From an uncultured Gammaproteobacteria bacterium (GTDB lineage: Bacteria > Patescibacteriota > Microgenomatia > CAYXHB01): a DNA stretch of 63,122 nucleotides. The translations under genes and the position numbers were made by a program. Below are positions 38,654 to 49,704 of this stretch, one piece after another. The first letter of the stretch is position 1. The number at the start of each line of letters is the position of its first letter. The DNA is taken from the NCBI GenBank assembly GCA_964561945.1, contig CAZLQM010000004.1, positions 1 through 63,122 of the forward strand, given 5' to 3'. The notes beneath the pieces are model-generated. The model was not told where the DNA came from and did not search any database. It saw only the letters and a list, made by a program, of their open reading frames with translations.

Positions 38654-40912
38654 CCGTTTAATCAAAACTCTCAAAACTCATCAATTAATCACCGTCACAA
38701 TATTTTTCTTCACCCTTACACTAATTTTCTACTATCAAATCTTCCAGTCAAAAATTCCTATGCCGGCAGACCTACTAACTGGCGCATATCTGCCATGGTT
38801 AGAACAAAACTATGGCCACCCGATAGGAGTGCCTGTCAAAAATCCACTTTTATCTGACATCTTTTCTCAATTCTATATTTGAAAGAGTCTCATCGGTGAA
38901 TCGTACAGAAACCTACAATGGCCATTGTGGAACCCATATTCTTTCAGCGGATATCCTCTTCTTGCTACATTTCATAGTGCAACTCTCAATCCTGCCAATA
39001 TCTTCTTTGTTATATTCAACGATCAAAACGGCTGGCTTTTCTATACCATTCTACCCACCTTTCTTATGGCCATCACAATGTTTATCTTTCTCAAAAATCT
39101 CAACCTTAATTTCACATCTAGTCTAATAGGATCAATTGCATATTCATTTAGCGGGTTTGCCATCACCTGGAGTCAATTTGGAACCATGACATATACAATG
39201 CTTTACCTTCCTATTATTCTCTACTTAATTAACAAATTTAAATCTCAAAACAAAACTTATTACCTCATTCTGCCATTCGTAGTCTTTTTATTCATAACTT
39301 CAGGCAATTTTCAAGGCATTATATACAGTGCCTTAATCGCATTTTTTTACTGGCTATATACCCAATTTTCTGACATAACTCGCAAACAATTATTATGGTT
39401 CATTTCATCCCTTTTTCTTGGAATCTTACTATCTGCAATTCAAATATTACCAACAATCGAACTAGGTCAACATTCTATTAGATATGAAGAAAAATACGCA
39501 TCAACCTATAATTACGGGCTTTTACCTATAGCTAAAATTATCACCACTCTTGCTCCCGACTATTTTGGAAACCCCGCAACCTATAACTACTGGGGATTCT
39601 TTAACTACCATGAAACAATACTATATCTTGGGGTGATCTCAACAGTTGCTTTCATTTCTACACTAGCCAACTATAAATACAACTCAAAAAATGAAATTTT
39701 TTTCTTATTACCGGACTTGTTTCATTACTATTCATATTTGACTCTCCAATCAGTCGCCTCATCTATGAACTTAATGTCCCCGGCTTATCAACAAGCGTCG
39801 CAGGAAGAGTATCACTAATCTATACATTTTCTGGTTCTGTAATTCTCGGATTCTGGTTCAATAATCTGAACAACAGATATCGCACCAATCTCAAAACCAT
39901 TATCTATATACTAATTGCAATCTGCGTTGTAATTTTAATTACCTATTTTTCAATTCAGTATTTACAAGCTCCATCATTTCCTGATACTCATGAATACTCA
40001 ATAAAAATACAAGTCTCGCTCCGCAATCTTGTTATTCCAACTGGAATATTAATCACCATCTTTGGGATCAGCCTCCTTAATCATCTATATAAACCCGCTA
40101 AATATCTCCTCATCTTGTTGCTAGTTGCAGATTTGTTTAGATTTGGTTGGAAATATCTTCCCATGAGTGATCGGAATTTAGTATTCCCCACAACCATACA
40201 AACAGACTTCCTCTCCCATAATTCTACCAATTATAGAATTGATCGAGAAAAAGCAGAAATATTGCCACCCAATACTTGGGCCTATTATCGCTTGAGATCA
40301 CCATCAGGGTATGATCCTATGGCCATAAAAAATTACACCCAAAAATATTTCGACATTCTTCATAACCCTCAAACTCCAAGTCGCTACGCGGAGCTTCCAG
40401 TATATGATGCAACTGCATCAGGCGAACTAAGTATTAAGTATCTACTTACCGTTGCCAGAAATGATAAAGGAGAAATAAAAGGTAATCTCACATCTCATAG
40501 AATAGATAAAAACATATGGCAACCAGTCCTCCAAACTAGTTCTACCATTATTTTCCAAAATCCATTGGCCAAACCAAGAATAGAAATTATCCCAACGCCT
40601 TCATTAACAAACATTATTGAAGACAATCCTCGCAAAATTCAAGTCCAGTACCAAGGAAACGAGCCTATGAATTTAATAATAAGAGACACCAACTTCCCAG
40701 GCTGGCAAGCAAAAATTAATAATCAAATTATACCCATAACAAATTATAATAATATCTATAGACAAATTCAGCTCCCCGATTCCTCTAACAATATCACCAT
40801 TGAATATAATCCATTCAGTTTCATTATTGGTAAATACCTTTCTCTCACAGCTTGCATCATCATAACTTTCCTTGTCTCAAAGCGCATCTTTTTTTTATTA
40901 AAGAAATCTTAA
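38646..40912 (+). pseudogene. YfhO-like GT-C membrane protein gene interrupted by an in-frame TGA and a 1-nt frameshift
   Basis: ORFs 38646-38882 and 38925-39818 share a frame and are joined by a single TGA (38880-38882): ...SDIFSQFYI[TGA]KSLIGESYRNLQWPLWNPYSFSGYPLL. At the T7 run 39697-39703 the open frame moves to the frame of ORF 40115-40912; with T8 it reads ...NEIFFLITGLVSLLFIF.... Confidence 0.7.
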
Positions 40913-42330
40913 CCCACCCGAAACCAATTCTCTCCCGACACCAAATAAATTCTCCACACTGACATCCCAATCACCGCAACTAATAATAAATATAAAGCTG
41001 AACTCAACCATCTTTTTTGTCTAGCATTCACCAACATCATCCCCATTCCCAAAGACCCCACTACCAATAACTTCCAAATATTCACGTACAAACTTCTTAA
41101 CTCATATTTGACATTCAACTCTATTAACCAACCCAAAGTCATCCAAAGAAGAATTAGCAATACTAATAAATTAAACTTTTCATACTTCAGTTTACTAAAC
41201 AAGCTTCCTACTCCTATCATCAAAAACGGATAGAACGGCACATGATACCAGCCATATGGATAACTCCCAACAAATAAATAAATTATCAAATAACTACATA
41301 TTCCCAAATGGACTATGCCTTCTTTCCAATTATCGCCCCTCCATCTAAACAATAGAATTAACCATCCTAGCCAACCCATAAAAACAATTGGATCAGTTAA
41401 AAAAACCGTATTAGTTACTTTACCTTTCGTAATCAAATTATAAATTGCCTCATATCCTATTCCATAAACTCGACCACTATTACTTTGTAATATTAGCCAA
41501 AATTGATTCCAATCAATTACATATCCATATATCACCCAAAACCCCAAACTTATCAATCCAAAACCAAGTATCGGACTCATCCACTCCTTATAACTTAACG
41601 CCATCATTTTTCCATATCTCAAACCCCAAAAAACCAAAAACACCAAGCTCACTATTCCTGTCATTTTAAACCACAATCCTAAAGACCCAATCACAGCAGC
41701 CAAATACCAAAACACTTTCCGGTATTTCTCAATTTTCATTGACAAGGCTACCATTAATACCGTGCCTAAATACATCACAACAAATCCATTCTCCGCCTGC
41801 ACTAATCGTCCAACTATCACCACCAATGGTGAAGCCATCATCAACCCTCCACTAACAATCATCGCCCATCTGTCATACACAATTCCTGCTACAGTCATAG
41901 TCAAAATTAATGCAATAAGACTCAACACCAACATCGGTTTTCTTATCATTCCTATAGATACATCCTCAAACACCCGAGCTCCCTTCATATAGCTCCATCC
42001 GCCTACAACAATTGGAAGTCCAGGAGGATGATCAAACCAGGGATAATTAATAACCAAAGCTCCTGACTCATTAGTCATTTGAAAAATCTTATCTGGGTTT
42101 ATATAAGCATATTCAGTATTTGCATACCCAGGCAAACCAGATATTCCCACAGGATAACCAAGCTGAATTAAACTCATTCCCACCCAAGTATAACTATATT
42201 CATCCAAAGTTTGTCCAGGAAAGGGTATTTTTTCATACTCAAAGCTTCTCAACCTCCACCCCCCTATTACAATTACAACTATTAACACCCCAAAAAAAAT
42301 ATTTGATAACCTAAAATTAAACTTCTTCAT
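40909..42330 (-). CDS. GT-C-fold membrane glycosyltransferase-like protein (ArnT/PMT-like, tentative)
   Basis: About 12 TM segments. The N-terminal loop has DEYSYTWVGMSL, similar to DE-containing first loops of GT-C enzymes. Start set at MKKFNF (ATG 42330). Confidence 0.5.
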   Translation of the reverse strand: MKKFNFRLSNIFFGVLIVVIVIGGWRLRSFEYEKIPFPGQTLDEYSYTWVGMSLIQLGYPVGISGLPGYANTEYAYINPDKIFQMTNESGALVINYPWFDHPPGLPIVVGGWSYMKGARVFEDVSIGMIRKPMLVLSLIALILTMTVAGIVYDRWAMIVSGGLMMASPLVVIVGRLVQAENGFVVMYLGTVLMVALSMKIEKYRKVFWYLAAVIGSLGLWFKMTGIVSLVFLVFWGLRYGKMMALSYKEWMSPILGFGLISLGFWVIYGYVIDWNQFWLILQSNSGRVYGIGYEAIYNLITKGKVTNTVFLTDPIVFMGWLGWLILLFRWRGDNWKEGIVHLGICSYLIIYLFVGSYPYGWYHVPFYPFLMIGVGSLFSKLKYEKFNLLVLLILLWMTLGWLIELNVKYELRSLYVNIWKLLVVGSLGMGMMLVNARQKRWLSSALYLLLVAVIGMSVWRIYLVSGENWFRVG

Positions 42331-42862
42331 ACTTACACAAAACACGAGCTTGATTTAGTAATAAATAATTCCCTTCATTAATTCTATTTTTATCATGATA
42401 ACAATTCCATTCATGCTTATCATCATTAACCCAATTTCCCATTCTAATTGGTAATCCATCATCACCAAATTCAATTTGAAATTTATTCACACGAGCCAGC
42501 AATCTCATATTCTCATATAAATTACGTTTACTCACAACCCGCGCATCAAGTGAATTTATAGTTTTCTTTTCCCCACAAACCAATTCTATTTTTATATACT
42601 CACTTGTCGGTGGATTCCCTAACACATGATTTGCACAAGGATCCCCCTCCAAAAATGTAACTTGTGCACTCCCCGTTATCATCTCCTCTAAACTATTCGA
42701 CTCCAAATTACTCTGCTGATATTTAATCCCCAGCATCCCAAATACAAATAATACAATTATCCCCAAAGATATACCCCTAATCATGTTAGCAATCATTTTA
42801 TTTCTATAAATTTTATCAATATCTCTACACAATATCACCTTCAAAAATACTAATTCATCCAT
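42317..42862 (-). CDS. hypothetical membrane-anchored protein
   Basis: 181-aa ORF with a single N-terminal TM (GISLGIIVLFVFGML). No motif recognised; the true start may be internal. Confidence 0.4.
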   Translation of the reverse strand: MDELVFLKVILCRDIDKIYRNKMIANMIRGISLGIIVLFVFGMLGIKYQQSNLESNSLEEMITGSAQVTFLEGDPCANHVLGNPPTSEYIKIELVCGEKKTINSLDARVVSKRNLYENMRLLARVNKFQIEFGDDGLPIRMGNWVNDDKHEWNCYHDKNRINEGNYLLLNQARVLCKYEEV

Positions 42863-43055
42863 TCACACAACTTCATCGAAGTTTTAACTCAATTTAAAAT
42901 ATTGTTTTATTAATTAAAATAAAATCATCCTCTATTATCAATTACTTAATTTAAGATGATAAAATCTGATATTCAAAATTAAAACCTACCAAGTAAAATT
43001 CTAAACTAATAATCAATCCGCATTTCTGATACCCTCTAACTAGTATTATTTTTAC

Positions 43056-44327
43056 ATGAACATCAAACTCCCCTCTCAACTCAAAACTCACGGCATCAAA
43101 AACAGCCTCATCCTAACTTCAGGTAATTTCATCAGTAGTGCTATTGCTGCTTTAACCTTTATAATTACTTCACGTGTCTTATCTCCTTCAGAATTTGGTA
43201 ATTTCTCTGCTCACCTTGCCATTCTTCTCCTTTTTACACGGATAACTGATCTTGGCTTAAATATTGCCATCCAACGCCAGATTGCCAGAGAATCCTCCGC
43301 CTCAATCATCTCCAAAATTATTACTACAGGAGTCCTTCTCAAACTAATCTCTTGGGTCACCCTTCTCATCCTAGGCTCTATCTTAGCCCCATATATCACT
43401 ACTCATTTTCTCCAAAACATCTCAACTCCCAATTTAATAATTATATTCTCCTTAGTTGCCATCACCTTATTTTTTGATCTCTCCATGGTAATCATCCAAG
43501 GACTCCAAAAATTTACAACTAATAGCCTCTATTCCATTTCCCTGTCTTTTCTCAAACTTATCGGAATTTTACTTTTTATCTTCATTGGAAAAACTACCAG
43601 CCACAACTTTTTCTACATTTTTGCCATCACCCCACTCATTCCCACTTTACTCAATCTCAAAAACATTCGTTACTCACTTAACTACAATCTTGCAGATTTC
43701 AAATTCCACGCTAAATCTCTAATTCAAATCTCCAAATGGACCGGTCTTGCCATGATCGCAGCTGCAGCAGCTGACAATTTTGACATCATTCTTATCCAAA
43801 CATATCTTAACAACGAACAAACAGGACTCTACGCTGCTGCCAGCCGACTTGCCGTTTTTTTCAGCTTATTTGGCATGTCTATAGGTACAGTTCTAAGCAT
43901 CCAAGTCGCCAAATACAAATTCTCTAACCAAATCTCTCTTTATCTTCGCAAGGCTCACCTTTTTGCCCTTTTAAGTATCTTTGGTCTTATTCTAATTTCT
44001 TTCTTCAGTTACTGGGGCATCTACTTAACCTCTGGTCAAGCATATCTTCCCGCCACCCCAGCTCTTGCTATTCTCCTTATTGCAACCGGCTTTGACATTG
44101 CAGCCAGTCCCTTCATCGCCCTTTTCTATCTGTACAATCATCCCCGCTACTACTTTTATGCTGGGATTCTTTTATTAATTACTCTAATTACTACCAACTA
44201 CATCCTTATTCCTATCTATGGCATCAATGGAGCTGCCACTGCCAAACTCGTCACTCGTCTCACCTTATTTGTCTTCACTATTTTTTACACTCTTCAAGCC
44301 ACCAAACATCACCTCAAATCCTCCTAA
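43056..44327 (+). CDS. oligosaccharide/polysaccharide flippase (Wzx, MOP superfamily)
   Basis: 423 aa and about 12 TM. The N-terminal pattern is KNSLILTSGNFISSAIAALTFIITSRVLSPSEFGNFS. Confidence 0.7.
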   Translation: MNIKLPSQLKTHGIKNSLILTSGNFISSAIAALTFIITSRVLSPSEFGNFSAHLAILLLFTRITDLGLNIAIQRQIARESSASIISKIITTGVLLKLISWVTLLILGSILAPYITTHFLQNISTPNLIIIFSLVAITLFFDLSMVIIQGLQKFTTNSLYSISLSFLKLIGILLFIFIGKTTSHNFFYIFAITPLIPTLLNLKNIRYSLNYNLADFKFHAKSLIQISKWTGLAMIAAAAADNFDIILIQTYLNNEQTGLYAAASRLAVFFSLFGMSIGTVLSIQVAKYKFSNQISLYLRKAHLFALLSIFGLILISFFSYWGIYLTSGQAYLPATPALAILLIATGFDIAASPFIALFYLYNHPRYYFYAGILLLITLITTNYILIPIYGINGAATAKLVTRLTLFVFTIFYTLQATKHHLKSS

Positions 44328-46554
44328 ACAACCAGTACCCACCCTCCTCAAACACAACAACATAATTAAAATCATTCTTTAACTCTTCAACTAAGTCCTT
44401 CTCATATTCCAAATCAATTACTCTTCCCACAATTCTTTCCTCAGTCAAAATCGCCACATAATCAGCTTCTTGCGCTTGAGAGGGAAACACGTGTGCATCC
44501 CTCCTGTGAGTCACATGAGGTCTTATATTTCCCGAAGAAGCCACGCTTTTATCACTAGGAATCTGACTTAACAGTTGCTCAAATTTAACATCACTTTCAC
44601 TCGGCTCAAACATCCACTTCCAATGTGATGGAGTAATTGGTGTCGGTCCATAAAAATACCCAGCACGCAAACTCCCAACTAACACAACCCCCACCAATCC
44701 GTACATGCTAATGTTTTGTATTATTTTTCTTCCAAAAACATATCCCAATAACCTACTCGCCCAACTTACCCCAAACACTATAGCAATCACCAATGCTGGC
44801 ACAATCGCACTATCATAATGTTGTTCCATACCTCTCATTTGTCCATGGGTGCTTAACATATTAATACCCACATCTCCAACAGCCAGTAAAATCCACGGCA
44901 ATCCCAACAACGGAACATATCCCCACACAAACACCAATTGTTTTAAATAATCCACTACTTCACCTAAATTAATTGCTTTAACTTTATCAATAACATTAAT
45001 TACTAAATTAGCATTACTTGTCTGTGACTTTTCACCTATCCCATACCACGCCCAAGCCCAATGTTTTTCCGAGCTAGGTGTAAAAAAGGGCATTATCCCA
45101 AACACCATTGCCCCAAACCATCCTCCTCCCACCACTACAGATCCAATTCCTTGCCTCCAATTTCTATGTAAAATTATCCACACTCCTCCCATCATAATTA
45201 ACCATAAACCAATCTGCTCTTTCGTAAATAACGCCAAAACGGCCCAAAACCAATACCCTCTTACGTTTTTCTTCAAAATACAATAAAAAGCTGCCAACAG
45301 CAACGGCATCGCCAATGCGACAGGGTGAAAATCATAAAACAAAGTCCATAAGATCCATGGATTAACTAAATAAGACACCGCTAGCATCAACCCCAACTCT
45401 TCTCTTTTCCAAACTTCGCAAGCTAACAAATAAACACCTACTGCCCCCATTGCTACAAACAATACTTGTAAAACAAGCAACATCCTCACATCACTCCAAA
45501 CCCAATAAAACGGTGCTAATAATACCAAAATAACATCTGCATGAATTGCAAATCTCTTTACATTATTATCCCCACTCGTCAGTTCAAACAACCGCCCCTG
45601 ACTCGTATTCCATACCGTCTGATCCATATTCCCCAAATCAAAATTAGAATAAAAGCTCTCATGTCTCAAAATCACCCAATGGCTTACCGCTACGGTATAT
45701 CCAACAATCATCACTCCCAACACAACCCTCATTAATCGCTTATCCACCAATCGTCGTCCAAATTTCGTTATTCCCGCCACCACCAAATAATTACCTATTT
45801 CAATCAATATCTGCCAGACTCTTATCAACATAACCAACAACAACAAACCCCCGCCCCCGCCCAACAACCAAGTCAAAACAGATTCTCTCACTCCTACCCC
45901 TAAGGGCACAAAACTAACTAATCCTACAACCCACGCTAATCCCGCACCACTAATTACTTGCCAATTATCACTTCCCAACCAATAATAATGTGCCAAACCA
46001 AAACACACCCAAGCCAACACTAATAATCCAAAACTCAACCCCACCTTGCCAAACCATTTCTTAATTATTAATATCATCACCCCACTTACCACCAAACCAA
46101 ACCACCAATACCACCAACTGCCAACCCATATCCCAGCCACAATTGTTAATCCCAACTCATACATCACACTTTTTTTCCCGCTTCCACCATTCTCACTCAT
46201 CCTCACCCCTCTGCTCATCCACGACCAAATACTTCCAGGAATAAACCTCATTAATTCACTCCCGAACCAAACCTTCACATCCCTAATTCTTAAACGATCC
46301 CTCCGCATAAATACCCAAGCCAGTCCCCGCATATATAAATAAATCACAAAAAAACCACTTCCTAATACCAAATTCTTAACTCCAACCATATTCAAATAAT
46401 TTCCTGTTTCTTGCCATGCTATGTCTTGTTTAAAGATATAAACTAAAGCCAAACCCAAACCCAACAATCCCAATACACCCCCATACTTATTAACCAAACT
46501 CAATCCTTTCTCAACCTGCTTCAAAAATTTACTATTCATCAATTGGAAGTTCAT
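44314..46554 (-). CDS. fusion of a UPF0104 (LPG-synthase-TM/flippase-like) domain and a DUF2079 membrane domain
   Basis: The N-terminal ~280 aa are multi-TM with RFIPGSIWSWMSRG. The C-terminal part has the DUF2079-like FYSNFDLGNMDQTVWNTSQGRLF...HADVILVLLAPFYW. Confidence 0.55.
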   Translation of the reverse strand: MNFQLMNSKFLKQVEKGLSLVNKYGGVLGLLGLGLALVYIFKQDIAWQETGNYLNMVGVKNLVLGSGFFVIYLYMRGLAWVFMRRDRLRIRDVKVWFGSELMRFIPGSIWSWMSRGVRMSENGGSGKKSVMYELGLTIVAGIWVGSWWYWWFGLVVSGVMILIIKKWFGKVGLSFGLLVLAWVCFGLAHYYWLGSDNWQVISGAGLAWVVGLVSFVPLGVGVRESVLTWLLGGGGGLLLLVMLIRVWQILIEIGNYLVVAGITKFGRRLVDKRLMRVVLGVMIVGYTVAVSHWVILRHESFYSNFDLGNMDQTVWNTSQGRLFELTSGDNNVKRFAIHADVILVLLAPFYWVWSDVRMLLVLQVLFVAMGAVGVYLLACEVWKREELGLMLAVSYLVNPWILWTLFYDFHPVALAMPLLLAAFYCILKKNVRGYWFWAVLALFTKEQIGLWLIMMGGVWIILHRNWRQGIGSVVVGGGWFGAMVFGIMPFFTPSSEKHWAWAWYGIGEKSQTSNANLVINVIDKVKAINLGEVVDYLKQLVFVWGYVPLLGLPWILLAVGDVGINMLSTHGQMRGMEQHYDSAIVPALVIAIVFGVSWASRLLGYVFGRKIIQNISMYGLVGVVLVGSLRAGYFYGPTPITPSHWKWMFEPSESDVKFEQLLSQIPSDKSVASSGNIRPHVTHRRDAHVFPSQAQEADYVAILTEERIVGRVIDLEYEKDLVEELKNDFNYVVVFEEGGYWLFRRI

Positions 46555-47458
46555 CAGAAGACATCTTCATATTAACCATCATCTCTGCTAAGAAACCAAA
46601 TGATACCATCTGTATCCCCACCACTACCAATAACACAGCCAAATTCAATAATGGCCTTCCACCAATTTTTTCTCCCATAAACCAAACATAGGTTAAATAA
46701 CTTCCCGTCCCCACCCCCATCAAAGTAAACACACTTCCAATTATTCCAAAATATTGCCCAGGCCTCCTCCCAAATCTAATCAAAAACAACAACGTCATCA
46801 AATCATATAAACCCACAAACATTCGCTTCCATCCATATTTACTCACACCATACTTTCTCGGTGCATGTTGCACAACTATCTCCCGCACCCTAAATCCCCT
46901 CTCATGCGCCAACAACGGCACAAAACGATGCAACTCACCATACAAAATCAACTCATCCGCTACCTTTCTCTTCATTACCTTCAGTCCGCAGTTAAGATCA
47001 TGCACCTTTAATCCCGTCGTCTTACTCACCATCCAATTAAAAACTCTCGATGGCCAAACCTTAGTCCAATCATCATACCGTGATTTTTTCCACCCCACCA
47101 CCAAATCTGCATTCTTCAATTCCCTAAGCATACTTGGCAAATTCTCTGGCTCATCTTGCAAATCACCATCCATCGTCACCACAATATCTCCCTTCACCCG
47201 AGCCAATCCTGCCCGCAATGCCCATGTCTTACCCAAATTCTTCCGCAATTTCAAATAACGAAAATTTTTGCTAGATTTCTTAAGATCTTCCACCACATCC
47301 TTAATATTATCTTTTGATCCATCGTCTATTAACCAAACTTCCCAATCATTAATCTTCGAATCCTCCAGCACAGACCTCAATCGATCATATAACTCAGCAA
47401 TAGATTTACTTTCGTTATAAATAGGTATAATAATTGATAGTTTCATTCTTATCAGCAA
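46532..47458 (-). CDS. family 2 glycosyltransferase (polyprenyl-phosphate sugar transferase, DPM1/ArnC-like)
   Basis: LSIIIPIYNE, LIDDGSKD and MDGDLQDEP, with two C-terminal TM helices. Confidence 0.9.
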   Translation of the reverse strand: MLIRMKLSIIIPIYNESKSIAELYDRLRSVLEDSKINDWEVWLIDDGSKDNIKDVVEDLKKSSKNFRYLKLRKNLGKTWALRAGLARVKGDIVVTMDGDLQDEPENLPSMLRELKNADLVVGWKKSRYDDWTKVWPSRVFNWMVSKTTGLKVHDLNCGLKVMKRKVADELILYGELHRFVPLLAHERGFRVREIVVQHAPRKYGVSKYGWKRMFVGLYDLMTLLFLIRFGRRPGQYFGIIGSVFTLMGVGTGSYLTYVWFMGEKIGGRPLLNLAVLLVVVGIQMVSFGFLAEMMVNMKMSSDELPIDE

Positions 47459-47496
47459 GTATAAACAAATTTTCTATTCACACCTAATTATATTCT

Positions 47497-48258
47497 ATGA
47501 CCATATTTCATTCCATCATCCTCGGCATCATCGAAGGCATTACTGAATTTTTGCCTATTTCCTCTACTTCACATCTTTTACTAATAAATCAATTTTTAAA
47601 AATTAACAATAATCCCCAAATCGAACTTTTCAACGTCGCCATCCAAGGCGCTGCCATTCTTGCCGTGCTTACCATCTATACAAAAAAAATCCTCTCCGCC
47701 CCCCACCTCCTTATCCCCCTTACACTTGCTTTTACTCCAGTTGCTATCATTGGCTTAATTCTTGAACTTAATCACATCCCCCTTCAGGATAATCTATATA
47801 TAGTTATCGCCAGCACTTTTATAGTCGGCATTTTTATGCTTTTTTGGAATCACATTCCTTATCTTAATCGCAACCAAATTACATCACTTCAAGACCTCAC
47901 TCTCAAACAATCTCTCATCGTTGGCACCATTCATTGCTTAGCCCTAATTCCAGGCTTTTCGCGTGCAGGCGCTGCTATCTTAGGGGGATTAATCATCGGC
48001 ACCAATCGCAAAACTGCCATCGAATTCTCATTCCTACTTGCTCTACCCACTCTCCTTTCTGCCAGTGTTCTCAAACTTACCACAGATGTCCCTAGTTTAA
48101 TTGCTATTTGGCCTCAACTTTTAATTGGCAGTCTATTTGCTCTTGCAACTAGTTTAATTTCCATGCGCCTTTTCCTCAATCTTACACATCAACTCAACTG
48201 GACCACCTTTGGAATTTATCGCATCATCTTCGGAATCATCTTTGTTCTTACCCTTTAA
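47497..48258 (+). CDS. uppP: undecaprenyl-diphosphate phosphatase
   Basis: GIIEGITEFLPISSTSHL and PGFSRAGAAILGG motifs. 253 aa and 8 TM. Confidence 0.9.
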   Translation: MTIFHSIILGIIEGITEFLPISSTSHLLLINQFLKINNNPQIELFNVAIQGAAILAVLTIYTKKILSAPHLLIPLTLAFTPVAIIGLILELNHIPLQDNLYIVIASTFIVGIFMLFWNHIPYLNRNQITSLQDLTLKQSLIVGTIHCLALIPGFSRAGAAILGGLIIGTNRKTAIEFSFLLALPTLLSASVLKLTTDVPSLIAIWPQLLIGSLFALATSLISMRLFLNLTHQLNWTTFGIYRIIFGIIFVLTL

Positions 48259-48261
48259 TTC

Positions 48262-49704
48262 ATGCTCAAATTACTTCGTCAGTCCCCACTTATTCTTGTT
48301 ACCACTCTAATTACAGCTATTCTCTTACTTCGGATCAACAGTCCCCAAGTTCCCTTTACCGATGAACTGCTCTTTGAAGAAGCTAGCTTTAATGCAGCCC
48401 ATGGCAAATGGCTAATCCCCCACCTCAAAGACCAACCCTGGCTAGAAAAACCGCCCCTCTATTTTTGGCTCACCGCTCCTATCTTCCATTTGGCCAAACC
48501 CTTCCTCTCTCATAACCCTCTCGACCTTACCAAGTCTTTAGACCACCAACATATCTATTACTATCCTTGGATTCGCAGATTCATCGGTAATCTTTTTGCC
48601 ATTGGAGCAGTAATTACAACAGCTTACTTATCCAAAAAAATCTTCCCCTCCACCCCTCCCTTCATCGCGCCCCTAATTTTAATTGCCACTCCAGGCTTCA
48701 TCTACACAGCTCTTGCAGCCAATCTAGACATTCCCGCTGCCACTTGTATCGCAATTTCTTACTTGAGTTTACTCTATCTAAAAACCCATCCCAAAATTTC
48801 ATTCTTCGCCTTCATTCTCTCCACTGCTTCTGCCATTATGTTTCGCTCTATCTTCGGGCTTATTCCTTTCATCTTTCTCATTTATTATTTTTTCAATCAC
48901 CAAATCAATCTCAAAAAAACCCTTCTTCTTACACTTACTATTCTTGCTCTCATCCTTCCTTGGCACATCTACACCTACCTTCAATTTCCCCAAGATTTCC
49001 TCGACACCTATCTTGGCTTTAATATCGTTGGGCACAGCCTTCATCTTCCTTCAGGCTACGAACCAACTAGCATTTACTACTATGCCATTCTTCTCTCTCT
49101 TCCCCCTTGGTTTGCAACCATTTGTATCTATGGTTTATACAGAATCTTCCAAACCAAACTCCATCTCCACTTATCTCATCCAATCACCCTTCTTATCCTT
49201 TATTTCACAATTCCCTTCGTTTTTCTATCTCTTTCAGCCACTCGCCATCCTTGGTATTCTGCCCAACTTACAATCCCTCTCTCAATTCTTGCCAACTACG
49301 TTATCTACCAAATGTATCTAACCTTCACCAAATCCACTCACCAAGATCTTGCCAAAATTGCATTCTTAGCCCTCATCCTTACTCCTCTTACTCTCATCAT
49401 TGGGAGCTCAGATAATAGCACCTCAAGCGTCCAAGCTCTCCATTACGCCATTGCTCAATCACCAAACCAAATCATTTATAGCTACAAGCAGCCATATCTT
49501 CCCCATTCCCCACTCTATCATCCAGCTCCAGTTCAGACTATCGACGATGATTTCCTCCTTCAAAACACCCAAAACCTAATAATCTATATTAATCAATCCC
49601 AACTCGACTCACCCATCCTTAATCAATACCAACTTAAACCTCTAAAATCTTTTTCTCCAGGAGGTATTTACCAAATCACCCCTCCTAATCCAAATAATCC
49701 CTAA
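48262..49704 (+). CDS. family 39 (ArnT/PMT-type) glycosyltransferase
   Basis: First-loop motif [14 protein letters not shown]...[10 protein letters not shown], with a multi-TM topology. Confidence 0.75.
   Translation: MLKLLRQSPLILVTTLITAILLLRINSPQVPFTDELLFEEASFNAAHGKWLIPHLKDQPWLEKPPLYFWLTAPIFHLAKPFLSHNPLDLTKSLDHQHIYYYPWIRRFIGNLFAIGAVITTAYLSKKIFPSTPPFIAPLILIATPGFIYTALAANLDIPAATCIAISYLSLLYLKTHPKISFFAFILSTASAIMFRSIFGLIPFIFLIYYFFNHQINLKKTLLLTLTILALILPWHIYTYLQFPQDFLDTYLGFNIVGHSLHLPSGYEPTSIYYYAILLSLPPWFATICIYGLYRIFQTKLHLHLSHPITLLILYFTIPFVFLSLSATRHPWYSAQLTIPLSILANYVIYQMYLTFTKSTHQDLAKIAFLALILTPLTLIIGSSDNSTSSVQALHYAIAQSPNQIIYSYKQPYLPHSPLYHPAPVQTIDDDFLLQNTQNLIIYINQSQLDSPILNQYQLKPLKSFSPGGIYQITPPNPNNP

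Noticed and set aside
38880-38882. TGA reassignment (code 4 or 25, TGA read as Trp or Gly) as an explanation for the in-frame TGAs at 38880 and 61146.
   Set aside because: TGA cleanly terminates conserved - strand genes at their expected ends (rpiB 13366, ogt 36678, and the methyltransferase 37139 with an ATGA overlap). ORFs are long under the standard code. The DUF218 gene also carries an in-frame TAA, and the YfhO-like gene also has a frameshift. Pseudogenisation is the simpler reading.
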